Source: a virus (Duplodnaviria > Caudoviricetes). From it: DNA of 64,000 nt. The position numbers were made by a program, and so were the translations under genes. Shown piece after piece: positions 17,402 to 26,738 of this stretch. The notes under the pieces were generated by a model. It did not search any database and was not told the origin of the DNA. It saw only the letters and a list, made by a program, of their open reading frames with translations. The stretch spans positions 55,042 to 119,041 of IMG/VR virus record IMGVR_UViG_3300035228_001973. One strand, written 5' to 3'. Positions within the stretch are counted from its first letter, which is position 1. Each line of letters opens with the position of its first letter.

Positions 17402-19773
17402 TGTTCTACTTTTGAAACGTTATTGTCTTTATTTATTTTTACCACACTATCAGCCCATTGACTAACTAAAGGATTATGAGTTATCACAAATATTTTCTCG
17501 AAATACTCTTTGATTTTTTGAAAGAATTGTGAAACCATTTCTAAATTCTCATTAGATATTTTACCGAATACTTCATCAAACACAACTATGTTTGGTTTAG
17601 GTAGAGAACAAACTTTACTTAAAACTGCCCTTAACGCTAATGACGCTATAGACCTTTCATATCCTGAACCTGAACTCATTAATTTTTCAATACCAGTATT
17701 ATTATCTATCATCCAAAATTCAACCTCATCTTTTTCAGATATTCTAACCTCCAATTTAAACTCCGCAGAATCAATTAATAACCTTTGTAATTCTGAATTA
17801 ATTACCGGTGTCATACTTCTCATAATCATTTTAGTTATACCTTTTTTACCAAATAATTCTAAGTAAATTTTATATAACCTTAATTTCTTTTCTTCATCTT
17901 TTATTCTAATAATAAAACTATTATTCTCATCAATCTTAGAATTACGGTTTTTAATATTATTTTTTGAATCACTTATTTTAGTATTAACCCCGTCTCTCTC
18001 AACTGTTAAAACATCCAACCTCATATCCGCTTTGAGAATGGTTTCATCAATTTTTTTGTTTTCCTCTAACTTTATTTGAACTTCTTTAAATCTTTTAAGT
18101 TTGTCTTCCAAACCACTTTTTTTAAGTTCCAAAGTTTCAAGTTGAATTTCAAATTTTTCCTTTATGAGTTTGTTCCTTTCATAGGTATCGAAATCTTTTT
18201 TAAGATTTACGAAAGATTGTTCTTGAAGTAACAACTCCTTTAATTTAAGAGTAGAACTAGTTAGACCTATATTAATATCCTCTAACTCTTTCTTTCTCTT
18301 TTCCGTATAAGTTGACTGAGCCAAAACAATACCACAGTATTGACATTCTAATCCGTCTTCAAATGTTTTTAATTCTTCAACTATATCTTCTTTTTTAGAA
18401 GACATTGTCCCTTCATTAATCCTTTCATTCGATAACTTTTCTTTTATTTGGTCGTGCTCATCTTCATGATAATATTTTGAAGGTTCAACTACATTGATTG
18501 AAGTAAGTTCCTTAAGTGTAACACCTATTTTTGACCCATATTCTTTAATATCGTCTTTCATTGAGTCAGGATTAATTCTAAGTAACTCATCATCTAACCC
18601 TATGTGTTTTTTTCTAATCAAATCGTCCCTATAACCCTGACCTTTTTCAATACGACCATTAACATCGTTAAGTTCATCAACATATTTCTGTATGTTTAAA
18701 TTTTCTTGTTCAATATCAATTTTCGCTATTTCTATCTCTTCCTTTAATGATTCAATATTATATATGTTTGAAATCATTCCCTTACTATAGTTTGAAGTGA
18801 TTTCTTTAGCTACGTCTTCTTTTAACTTAAGAGAATCTAACCCTAAAAATCTTGATAAAACTTGCCCTCTAGCGGTGGGTTTAGAATCAATTAATTCCTC
18901 TAAATTAGTCGAAGTAGTTAGTATAGTCATTAAGAAGTCGTCCATAGTTCCTATAGACTTCTTTATAAAATCTTCGGTCTCCCTTCTTTGTTCACCTGTA
19001 AAGTTTTGTAAACTACCGTCAGATAATTTTTTGAAAAATTCTAAACTAGTACTAACCGTATAATCGGTTTTATTTCTTTTTAATTTACGATTGACTTCCC
19101 TAACTATAATGTAATCCTCACCATCAATTTGAATTTCACCTTTAACCACTACTTTATCTTTATTTCTAAATCTATTAAAAATTTCTTCAGCCTTGTTAGT
19201 CTTAGTTGTTGTGTTAAAGAATAAAAATAGTAAAAGGTCCACAGTCAAAACCGTTTTACCACCAAAATTAGGTGGATTAGATTCTACCGCAGTAATACCT
19301 TCTACTTTTTCAAAATCTAAAACTTGTTTGTCACCAAATGATAGAAAGTTAGAGAATTCAATATTTTTTATGTACCACTTTTTAAATGGTGTTATATCCG
19401 CCTTTTCTGAAGCAATTTTATCTTCAACTAATAAATCAATATTTAATACCTCATCTAAACTTTTTTCATACCCATTAGCAATTAGATATTTTTTTATTAA
19501 CTCTTTTTGAAAATTTTCATCTAATATATTCATAGAAACATCTACGGATTGCACATCCATATCTTCCGTCTTAACTTTCGTTATTACGTTTACATTCTTA
19601 GATTTATATTTTTTTTCAAAATATGACCTAACTCTCTTTAGTCTCTCCTGAGTGAAATTATCTGGCGTATCTTCCCAAACAACTTGTATATAAGGATTCT
19701 CTAAAGTATCAACATCTAGTTTATGACTCATATAAGTGTAATTTAATTCTTTTGGTGGATTAAACAAATCCAT
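17398..19773 (-). CDS. SbcC/Rad50 (T4 gp46-like) recombination ATPase with N-terminal extension
   Basis: IEFSNFLSFG, Walker A NFGGKT, coiled coils, CQYC zinc hook, SGYE signature, FDEVFG Walker B and ITH. Confidence 0.92.
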   Translation of the reverse strand: MDLFNPPKELNYTYMSHKLDVDTLENPYIQVVWEDTPDNFTQERLKRVRSYFEKKYKSKNVNVITKVKTEDMDVQSVDVSMNILDENFQKELIKKYLIANGYEKSLDEVLNIDLLVEDKIASEKADITPFKKWYIKNIEFSNFLSFGDKQVLDFEKVEGITAVESNPPNFGGKTVLTVDLLLFLFFNTTTKTNKAEEIFNRFRNKDKVVVKGEIQIDGEDYIIVREVNRKLKRNKTDYTVSTSLEFFKKLSDGSLQNFTGEQRRETEDFIKKSIGTMDDFLMTILTTSTNLEELIDSKPTARGQVLSRFLGLDSLKLKEDVAKEITSNYSKGMISNIYNIESLKEEIEIAKIDIEQENLNIQKYVDELNDVNGRIEKGQGYRDDLIRKKHIGLDDELLRINPDSMKDDIKEYGSKIGVTLKELTSINVVEPSKYYHEDEHDQIKEKLSNERINEGTMSSKKEDIVEELKTFEDGLECQYCGIVLAQSTYTEKRKKELEDINIGLTSSTLKLKELLLQEQSFVNLKKDFDTYERNKLIKEKFEIQLETLELKKSGLEDKLKRFKEVQIKLEENKKIDETILKADMRLDVLTVERDGVNTKISDSKNNIKNRNSKIDENNSFIIRIKDEEKKLRLYKIYLELFGKKGITKMIMRSMTPVINSELQRLLIDSAEFKLEVRISEKDEVEFWMIDNNTGIEKLMSSGSGYERSIASLALRAVLSKVCSLPKPNIVVFDEVFGKISNENLEMVSQFFQKIKEYFEKIFVITHNPLVSQWADSVVKINKDNNVSKVEQ

Positions 19774-19780
19774 TTTAACT

Positions 19781-19993
19781 CTATAACTTTATGTTAAGTG
19801 GTTGTTCATTCTCAACAACCTCATTATTTTCAGTTTCCGCTGATAATGTTTTTCTATACTCCTCTAACTGTTTAGTCATCTCAGCAGTATACTGTTCTTG
19901 CATTTTTCTTTGCATCCCCTTAATTTTAGCATTTCTCGCTTGAACTCTTTTACGGTGAGCCGTTGCACCACCTCTTGTTTTACTTTTTGGCAT
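19781..19993 (-). CDS. Small basic helical protein
   Basis: 70 aa with an R/K-rich N-terminus. Confidence 0.65.
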   Translation of the reverse strand: MPKSKTRGGATAHRKRVQARNAKIKGMQRKMQEQYTAEMTKQLEEYRKTLSAETENNEVVENEQPLNIKL

Positions 19994-20021
19994 AATTTTA
20001 ATTATTTATCTATTTATTAAT

Positions 20022-20228
20022 ATGAGAGAACTAATAACAAAAATACTTTCCAATAAACTGGTAAAACTTTTATTTTCAGTCTCAATTATTGTTTCAACTA
20101 TACCATCAATTATACAAGATTTTAATGGAGTAGTCAACAATGGTTATACACATTATGGATTAATGTTTGTAGGTATTATGTACGGAATGGAAAGTTTATT
20201 ATGGATTATGGACATATGGAAAAAATAG
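20022..20228 (+). CDS. Small two-TM membrane protein
   Basis: 68 aa with two hydrophobic helices; TATTTAT upstream. Confidence 0.6.
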   Translation: MRELITKILSNKLVKLLFSVSIIVSTIPSIIQDFNGVVNNGYTHYGLMFVGIMYGMESLLWIMDIWKK

Positions 20229-20626
20229 AATCATTTAACAAAAAAGTTATTGAATTAGAGAAAGGGTTAGAAAGTAACCACCCTAACTTTGATGAGATGG
20301 ACCTTTATCAACTTAAAAAAGAAATGTTACTTTATAAATTAGATAACCCTAATGATACTAAGATAGATACTCTATTATCCCTAATGGATAATCTTGATAC
20401 CGCTTTCGATAAAGACCAAACTGAAAAAATGAACCGTAAGTTAAACTTACTTACGATATGGTCTACTATTTTCTTACCATTATCTTTCTACACCGGCATG
20501 TGGGGAATGAATTTTGATGACGTACCTTTACTAACTGGTGACCACGGATTTTGGGTATTTTTAGGTTTAACAATATTAACTATTGTTGGGATGTTCTATT
20601 ATTTTAAGAAAAATAAGTGGTTTTAA
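20201..20626 (+). CDS. Truncated CorA-family Mg2+ channel (stalk helix plus two TM helices)
   Basis: MNRKLNLLTIWSTIFLPLSFYTGMWGMNFDDVP contains the GMN signature; second TM helix and KKNKWF basic tail. Confidence 0.85.
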   Translation: MDYGHMEKIESFNKKVIELEKGLESNHPNFDEMDLYQLKKEMLLYKLDNPNDTKIDTLLSLMDNLDTAFDKDQTEKMNRKLNLLTIWSTIFLPLSFYTGMWGMNFDDVPLLTGDHGFWVFLGLTILTIVGMFYYFKKNKWF

Positions 20627-20844
20627 TTGAAATAGTAATTAATCATATTATCTACATTTCCATTAGAAAATCCACCCATTAAGAGTACGTATACTAAGTA
20701 CATCCAACCAAATAAATAATGAATAACTAACCAAAGTAATGATTTATTAAAGTACCAACTTACTAATAAAGCGATGACTTTATAAACCATTCTCCAATCA
20801 CCAGGTACTAAATAATACCTAACTTCTTTTATTTCATTATCCAT
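20623..20844 (-). CDS. Small membrane protein
   Basis: Hydrophobic SWYFNKSLLWLVIHYLFGWMYLVY; likely start 20844. Confidence 0.6.
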   Translation of the reverse strand: MDNEIKEVRYYLVPGDWRMVYKVIALLVSWYFNKSLLWLVIHYLFGWMYLVYVLLMGGFSNGNVDNMINYYFN

Positions 20845-21178
20845 TACCTTTTGTTTCCTCGAACCATTCCACAATCGTGTTAATCATCCAAACGCCACCT
20901 GAAGCTAACATACCATCAAAAAATACCCCAAACGCCATATTAACCCCTAAAACCTCAACAAATGGTGACCAAATAAAACTCATTAAAAACCCAACCCATG
21001 TTGAGGTACACATCATACAAGATATTAATCCTGATAGAAATACTCCCATGAAGTTAAATATTGATAGTCTATTTTCTGCCCATCTATGTAAACCGTCTCT
21101 TAATCCTTTAAAAATTGAACCATATACTAATATCTGACTCATTCCGTACGCGGCTATTAACCAAATTACTAATTCCAT
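20837..21178 (-). CDS. Membrane protein with CxxC (DUF1360-like)
   Basis: LISCMMCTSTWVG motif within hydrophobic helices. Confidence 0.65.
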   Translation of the reverse strand: MELVIWLIAAYGMSQILVYGSIFKGLRDGLHRWAENRLSIFNFMGVFLSGLISCMMCTSTWVGFLMSFIWSPFVEVLGVNMAFGVFFDGMLASGGVWMINTIVEWFEETKGNG

Positions 21179-22011
21179 TACTTATATATATTATCGTTTA
21201 AATTTGTAGAACCCATAAATTTACCCTTTATTGGTCCTTTTATTTTTTCTAATTCTACAACATTATTCTCAATTTGTAAAATCTTTTCATCTTTTTTTCT
21301 TATCTCATCTTTCATCTTTGATATGGTTTCCTGTAGTAATAACAATTTATCTTTATTAACTACTTTAACCTCTTTGATGACTTCAATAGGTTTTTCAACT
21401 ATTACCTCTTTAATAACTTCAATAAACTTCTCAACTTCTGTAGGTGGTTTGTTTAATTCAATGTCTAAAGTTCGCCTAAGTTTATCTAAACTTTCATCTT
21501 TTTTAGACATCTCTTGAGATAACTCTTTATTCACCTCCTCCAACTTACTAATCTTACTACCAAGTTCTTTAACTTGTTCATCATCGGTAATGTATACCTC
21601 TTTTTCAACTATAACTTCTTTAGGTTTTTCAACTTCTACAATTTTCTCAACCTCAACAATTACTTCCTTTTCTACCTCTTTAATAACTTCAAAAGGGACT
21701 TCTTTTATAACTTCTACAGTTATTTGTTTTTCAACTATTTTTTCTACAGGTATTTCTTTAATTACTACTTTTTCAATAATTTTTTCAACCTCGATAGGAA
21801 CTTCCTTTATAATCTCTTTTTCAATTATTTTCTCTTCAAATACAATTTGTTCACCATCATCAGTTGTTAACAAACCATATTTTTCAATCTGATATCCTTT
21901 ACTAAAACATATCTTAATAAACTTCTCAAAATCTAATTCGTTTAGTTTACAGAAACTTTTAATATCCTTTATCTCTTTTGTGGTAAGACTAATAATTGGT
22001 GAGTTGCTCAT
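21178..22011 (-). CDS. EKIV/KEVP-repeat protein with coiled coil
   Basis: Repeats such as IIKEVPIEVEKIIEKVVIKEIPVEKIVEK. Confidence 0.75.
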   Translation of the reverse strand: MSNSPIISLTTKEIKDIKSFCKLNELDFEKFIKICFSKGYQIEKYGLLTTDDGEQIVFEEKIIEKEIIKEVPIEVEKIIEKVVIKEIPVEKIVEKQITVEVIKEVPFEVIKEVEKEVIVEVEKIVEVEKPKEVIVEKEVYITDDEQVKELGSKISKLEEVNKELSQEMSKKDESLDKLRRTLDIELNKPPTEVEKFIEVIKEVIVEKPIEVIKEVKVVNKDKLLLLQETISKMKDEIRKKDEKILQIENNVVELEKIKGPIKGKFMGSTNLNDNIYK

Positions 22012-22777
22012 GTCCTTTCTCTAAATCTTCAATATTTGTTATTTTAAAAGATAGAAATGGTCGAGGATTAGTTAAATCAACAAACTCATAAGTATCTTCA
22101 TCTACACTATAAATACCAAACCCATGTTTAGTTATACTTTCTCCAAAGTTCTGTTGTATAGTCGACCCCACCATATACGCCTTTTTATTATTAGGAATAT
22201 CAATCACTTGTCTTTTATGAATATCCCCACATAATAACACATCTAAACCTTTAAATTTTTTGATATCGTAAGCATGGTCTCCAAAACCATAACCAGTATC
22301 AGTAACCAAACCTTGTATTGGGTCATGAAACAACCCTACTTTATATCCTTTAGCATTCGATATTTCAGGTGGTATATTACCCTGAAATTGAGAGTACACA
22401 CACCAACTTATATTATCGTCCTCATAAATTCCTCGGTCTCTGTAGTATACAATTTCAGGGTTTTTAAGTGAATCTATAATAGGTGTTAATGCGTCCAATC
22501 TATTAAGATTATTATTTAAAAAGTCATGATTACCCGGAATAAGTACTATTTTAGATATTTTACTACATTCGGTAAGTATCCAAGCAACAACTTCAATAAG
22601 TTCAGGTGTCATTTGATTTTTACTATGAACCAAATCACCCGTAAAAACAATTCGGTCAGGCTTTATATCTTTAAATTTATTTAACATATCAGTTATAATA
22701 CGCTTATATAAATCGTGGTCTTTAAATAACCTCAAATGTAAGTCCGAAAAATGTACTATCTTTTTTATCATAAACAA
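21989..22777 (-). CDS. SbcD/Mre11 (T4 gp47-like) metallophosphoesterase nuclease
   Basis: SDLH, GDLVH, GNHD, FHDP and GDIH motifs, plus GSTIQQNFGE. Confidence 0.9.
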   Translation of the reverse strand: MFMIKKIVHFSDLHLRLFKDHDLYKRIITDMLNKFKDIKPDRIVFTGDLVHSKNQMTPELIEVVAWILTECSKISKIVLIPGNHDFLNNNLNRLDALTPIIDSLKNPEIVYYRDRGIYEDDNISWCVYSQFQGNIPPEISNAKGYKVGLFHDPIQGLVTDTGYGFGDHAYDIKKFKGLDVLLCGDIHKRQVIDIPNNKKAYMVGSTIQQNFGESITKHGFGIYSVDEDTYEFVDLTNPRPFLSFKITNIEDLEKGHEQLTNY

Positions 22778-23643
22778 CTAAAATATCTATCTCCCCTATC
22801 ACAAAGGAAAGTTATTACAGGACCATCAGGGTTATATTTTTCAATATATCTTTCTGCGGCTAATATATTGGAACCCGCTGAAATACCTACAAACATACCG
22901 TGTTCTTTAGCTAACTTACGTGCTCTTAGTTTTGCGTCCTCTGTACTAATAGTAATAATTTTATCAACAACAGTCAAATCAACTAAAAATTTTGAACCAT
23001 CACCTATCCCTTGTATACCGTGTAAACCTGGTTCACCACCACTCATCACAGGAGACTCTTCAGGTTCCACCGCAACTATATCCATATTAAGATAATACAT
23101 TTTTAACATCGGACCAACACCCATTAGTGTACCACCTGTACCTGTACCACTGATTATAGCGCTAGGTTCTATACAAATATTTTTACACTGATGTAATATT
23201 TCAACCGCAGTACCCTCTTTATGTGATTCAACATTTAAAGGGTTATTAAATTGATTACAATTAAACCACCCATTCACCTCACACATTTCATCTCTAAGTG
23301 CAATAGCATCATCAAACGCACCGGCATCCACCTCAATAAGTTCTGCACCATAAAGTTTTAGGGTTTTCTTACGTTCCATTGACATGTTGTTAGGCATAAT
23401 AATAACACACTTATACCCTCGTTCTGCAGCTAACCAAGCAAAACTAACACCCATATTTCCAGAAGTGGCCTCACATATAGTTCCACCTGGTAATAGAGTT
23501 CCGTTCTTTTCTGCCTCGTTAATAATATAAGATGCCGGTCTGTCTTTGATAGAACCTGTCGGGTTTAATAACTCAACCTTAACATATATCTTCTCACTAA
23601 TCTTAAGTAATGGTGTAACACCTATGTTATCTGACAATTTCAT
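22768..23643 (-). CDS. cysK: Cysteine synthase (O-acetylserine sulfhydrylase, PLP-dependent)
   Basis: NPTGSIKDR (PLP lysine), EATSGNMG, NQFNNP, GTGTGGT, HGIQGIG and DRGDRY. Confidence 0.9.
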   Translation of the reverse strand: MKLSDNIGVTPLLKISEKIYVKVELLNPTGSIKDRPASYIINEAEKNGTLLPGGTICEATSGNMGVSFAWLAAERGYKCVIIMPNNMSMERKKTLKLYGAELIEVDAGAFDDAIALRDEMCEVNGWFNCNQFNNPLNVESHKEGTAVEILHQCKNICIEPSAIISGTGTGGTLMGVGPMLKMYYLNMDIVAVEPEESPVMSGGEPGLHGIQGIGDGSKFLVDLTVVDKIITISTEDAKLRARKLAKEHGMFVGISAGSNILAAERYIEKYNPDGPVITFLCDRGDRYFSCL

Positions 23644-24038
23644 CTTATACTTTTGAATTTAGAATGAATAAACCTATTTATTTTTTCCCATCGACTAAGT
23701 TCTGAACCCCACATAACTCTATCTATCATATCAATACACCAATTATCCCATTTTTCAAATATGAATAAAATATCAATTGTTAATTCTCCAGCATGTGTAA
23801 CTGTTGGGAAGTGCCACGTAATTTCAAACAATGACCCTGACCATACAAACCCTTTATCAATATTAAGTATTTGAAACCCAAATTTATGATTATCACCACC
23901 TAAGTAGAGATTAAGCAAACTAATCTTTGTTGTCCATCGATTTGTCTTCCAAGCTATTTTTTGTAGTTTTTTTCTCATTTTTTTTATTATTTTTTTCTTC
24001 ATTCCACATTTCATCCCAAAAATAAAATTCGTTTTCAT
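23640..24038 (-). CDS. Hypothetical protein
   Basis: 132 aa, Trp-rich; start position uncertain. Confidence 0.55.
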   Translation of the reverse strand: MKTNFIFGMKCGMKKKIIKKMRKKLQKIAWKTNRWTTKISLLNLYLGGDNHKFGFQILNIDKGFVWSGSLFEITWHFPTVTHAGELTIDILFIFEKWDNWCIDMIDRVMWGSELSRWEKINRFIHSKFKSIR

Positions 24039-24046
24039 CTGTCATA

Positions 24047-24280
24047 TCACATATACACATTAGGTGGTTTACCGGGAAAATCCATATCATCATTTTGATT
24101 AGGTTCCTGTATGATTATTGGTTGAGTTGGTGGACCCTCCCTTCTTATAATTACCTCAGTATTTTCACTTAAATCAACTTCCTCAACTTTATTTTTAATA
24201 TGTCTTATATCATCAACACTTAAGTTAATCTTACCCTGTATGAATCCATCAATCCATATTACAAAATCTCTACTTTTCAT
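24047..24280 (-). CDS. Hypothetical protein
   Basis: 77 aa; FVIWIDGF N-terminus typical of small phage proteins. Confidence 0.6.
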   Translation of the reverse strand: MKSRDFVIWIDGFIQGKINLSVDDIRHIKNKVEEVDLSENTEVIIRREGPPTQPIIIQEPNQNDDMDFPGKPPNVYM

Positions 24281-24497
24281 TTCCTAATATATTAAATTCT
24301 TTATTTATATGTGAACATTCAGTACAAACGTAAGTTTCCATTGGAACTAACTCATCAGTCGCCGAACCCGTTAGTAATTTACTAACTTTTTTAATAATCG
24401 TAACTTTATCATAAAAAATATTTTCACATTTTTCACATTCTACATTAGGTAAATCTAACGGATTGACCCTCATTTGGTTATTATTTCCTATATCCAT
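24270..24497 (-). CDS. Zinc-ribbon protein
   Basis: CEKC and CTEC pairs. Confidence 0.75.
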   Translation of the reverse strand: MDIGNNNQMRVNPLDLPNVECEKCENIFYDKVTIIKKVSKLLTGSATDELVPMETYVCTECSHINKEFNILGNEK

Positions 24498-24500
24498 ATC

Positions 24501-25136
24501 TTATCTTTTTACTGAACAGAATGAAACGATAATGTACCTTTGTCCTGCTTCAACAGGTAATCCTCCGTGCCAATGAGTTATTTGACCAGGATGAATTGAT
24601 ATATCACCTTTCTTTCCTTTTAATTTAGAATTCTGATTTGGAAAGTACGTACCTCCACCTTCAAAATCTTCGTTTAATGTTACTACGGTTGTTATCTGAC
24701 TCGCGTCATGATGTAGTGATAAATGATACTGAGCGTATGGGTGATATCTAGCAATGAAATTTTCACTACTCATATTTAACCATGAATTACCTTCTAACTT
24801 ATACAACTTATAACTTAATGGCCATATATATTTTTTTAATATTTTTTCATAAGTATCTCCTAAACCAATAGTACCTAAAACCATATCGGTTGTTGGATAA
24901 CTTTCATGCCTGTCAACAGTCCAACAATTACAAGACTCGGCCTCTTCCATTATGAAATCACAAAACTCACTCGTAAATGCAGGGATAGTGTATATGTTTA
25001 ATAATTCTTCATGTACATATAAATTAGAATTATCAGACATTAATTCTGGTTTTAAGAATCTACGTTCCCATTCCGCGGGGTTATCATCATAGGTGTACAA
25101 CTCAGGATGAATATAATTACTATGTTTAACTTCCAT
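24501..25136 (-). CDS. 2OG-Fe(II) dioxygenase similar to the procollagen lysyl hydroxylase (PLOD) catalytic domain
   Basis: YPTTD, NFIARY, HHDAS (HxD), LNEDFEGGGT and HPGQITHWHGGLPVEAGQRYIIVSF align with the PLOD C-terminus, including the distal His and the 2OG-binding Arg. Confidence 0.85.
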   Translation of the reverse strand: MEVKHSNYIHPELYTYDDNPAEWERRFLKPELMSDNSNLYVHEELLNIYTIPAFTSEFCDFIMEEAESCNCWTVDRHESYPTTDMVLGTIGLGDTYEKILKKYIWPLSYKLYKLEGNSWLNMSSENFIARYHPYAQYHLSLHHDASQITTVVTLNEDFEGGGTYFPNQNSKLKGKKGDISIHPGQITHWHGGLPVEAGQRYIIVSFCSVKR

Positions 25137-25287
25137 TATTTTCTTTTTTATCTCTTTTATAATTTAGATATATCATACCAAAACATAACCCAAACATAAA
25201 TGATGGGAGTTGCCCACCTGTTTCTCTACCAATTAGAAAAAATATGATTCCAAGAACCATTAAAAAATTGTTAGATATTCTAATCAC
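25126..25287 (-). CDS. Possible small two-TM protein (53 aa)
   Basis: Hand-translated from GTG: MIRISNNFLMVLGIIFFLIGRETGGQLPSFMFGLCFGMIYLNYKRDKKENNGS; overlaps both neighbours. Confidence 0.45.
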   Translation of the reverse strand: MIRISNNFLMVLGIIFFLIGRETGGQLPSFMFGLCFGMIYLNYKRDKKENNGS

Positions 25288-25891
25288 TTGTACAATATGT
25301 CATTAAAAAATACCTATCATTTTTATCGACTCTTTTCATACCGTATCTATGTGTTATTTGTCCGGGATACATATAAATAAAACCCTGTTTTGGTACTATG
25401 GTTTTTCCATATTTTTCAAAAACTAAATCACCACCTTTACTATTATCGTCTAATTTACAATACATTGAAATGTGTACATTATCATGATGCATTCTAATTT
25501 CCTGTCCCTCTTGTAACTTCAAAACATTATTGTCGGGTTGTAATAGTTTCCATTTTTTACCTTCTAAATGCCACTCTTTTTGTACTATACTAAAAATGTA
25601 ATCGTGAACTAAATGAGTCATTATTTTCTCTAAATTAAACTTTTTAAGGTTTGTTGAAAAAACAGGCGTACCCCATCGATTTACTTGGTCCCAATTAATC
25701 GTTTTTAAAATCTCCACTAAATTATCACAGAATTTCGTATTAAAAAATGGAAACTCAAACACATCAGGAGCAACTTCCTGAACCATCATATTCCACTCAT
25801 ATGATAAAAATTCTTTTCTTATGTTTCTACTTTTCCATAAGTCAAAGTCACTGTCATCGAACATGTCAGGATATAGGTCTTTATATACCAT
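25280..25891 (-). CDS. PLOD-like 2OG-Fe(II) dioxygenase paralogue, distal His replaced by Tyr
   Basis: HHD, GGDLVF and YPGQITHRYGMKRVDKNDRY; clearly paralogous to 24501..25136. Confidence 0.75.
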   Translation of the reverse strand: MVYKDLYPDMFDDSDFDLWKSRNIRKEFLSYEWNMMVQEVAPDVFEFPFFNTKFCDNLVEILKTINWDQVNRWGTPVFSTNLKKFNLEKIMTHLVHDYIFSIVQKEWHLEGKKWKLLQPDNNVLKLQEGQEIRMHHDNVHISMYCKLDDNSKGGDLVFEKYGKTIVPKQGFIYMYPGQITHRYGMKRVDKNDRYFLMTYCTSD

Positions 25892-26738
25892 AATCAGATA
25901 ATTTTAAATTCATAACTTTATTTATTGTTTTTGAAGGTATTTTAAATTCTTCAAATTCACTGTCACCTTTTAATAATACGATAACACACCCTAAAAGTGA
26001 AATGTTTTCATATTTTGTTCCTTCCAACATTTTTAAAATTAATCTTCCGTAGAATGGTAATTGTAGTTGATAGTGACCTAAAGCGTTGTCAGGTAAATCT
26101 TGAAATGGTAATTTCATAGGTTTTGTCCAATGAGTTTTTTTAAAATTCTTTTCTTTGTTAGTTTTCCAATCGGTAATTACTAACCCAAAACCGTTTTTCT
26201 CCTTATTCATTATTAACCAAACTTTATCAGGTTGACCCGTATACCCTAATTCAGGGTGACCTAAAACCATCTCAGTATCTAAAAGGTACGCCCCTCTTTC
26301 GTCCATTAATTTTAAGAATTTTTCACCCGCACTTATCATTGAGTTACTTCTTAGTTCTTGTTCAATGTCACATTCAAATATAGGTTTACGCACTTCTTTA
26401 TAGTCACCATATAGTTCAATAGTTTTCTTCTCTAATATGAAGTGAGCTCGAGACCCCATATTTGTGGCATACGAACCCGCGGCTGACCACTCATCTAATA
26501 ATCGTTCCATCTCCACTCTGTCCCCTTTAGCCTTCTTATATGCGATGTCTTCTGCTGGAAAAGGTTCGTAGAAATGTTTTAATAATTTAGAGACTGAAGG
26601 AAAGTTATTTCTTACGATACCATCCCTATCCTTCATAAAATATATGTGTTCAGCCTCAGTAAATGATAATTCTAATTCTTTTTGTTTTTTATCGATTATA
26701 TCTCTTATCTCTTGAGATATTGTTTTTAAGTCTTCCAT
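25881..26738 (-). CDS. PD-(D/E)XK exonuclease
   Basis: PSVSKLL, GSRAH, GQPD, DWKT and HYQLQLPFY motifs. Confidence 0.85.
   Translation of the reverse strand: MEDLKTISQEIRDIIDKKQKELELSFTEAEHIYFMKDRDGIVRNNFPSVSKLLKHFYEPFPAEDIAYKKAKGDRVEMERLLDEWSAAGSYATNMGSRAHFILEKKTIELYGDYKEVRKPIFECDIEQELRSNSMISAGEKFLKLMDERGAYLLDTEMVLGHPELGYTGQPDKVWLIMNKEKNGFGLVITDWKTNKEKNFKKTHWTKPMKLPFQDLPDNALGHYQLQLPFYGRLILKMLEGTKYENISLLGCVIVLLKGDSEFEEFKIPSKTINKVMNLKLSDYGI

Noticed and set aside
8869-23095. Numerous short plus-strand Ser/Leu/Phe-rich ORFs in the track (e.g. 8869, 9202, 17588, 18797, 19193, 21574, 22751)
   Set aside because: They lie antisense to well-supported minus-strand genes and have shadow-like composition.
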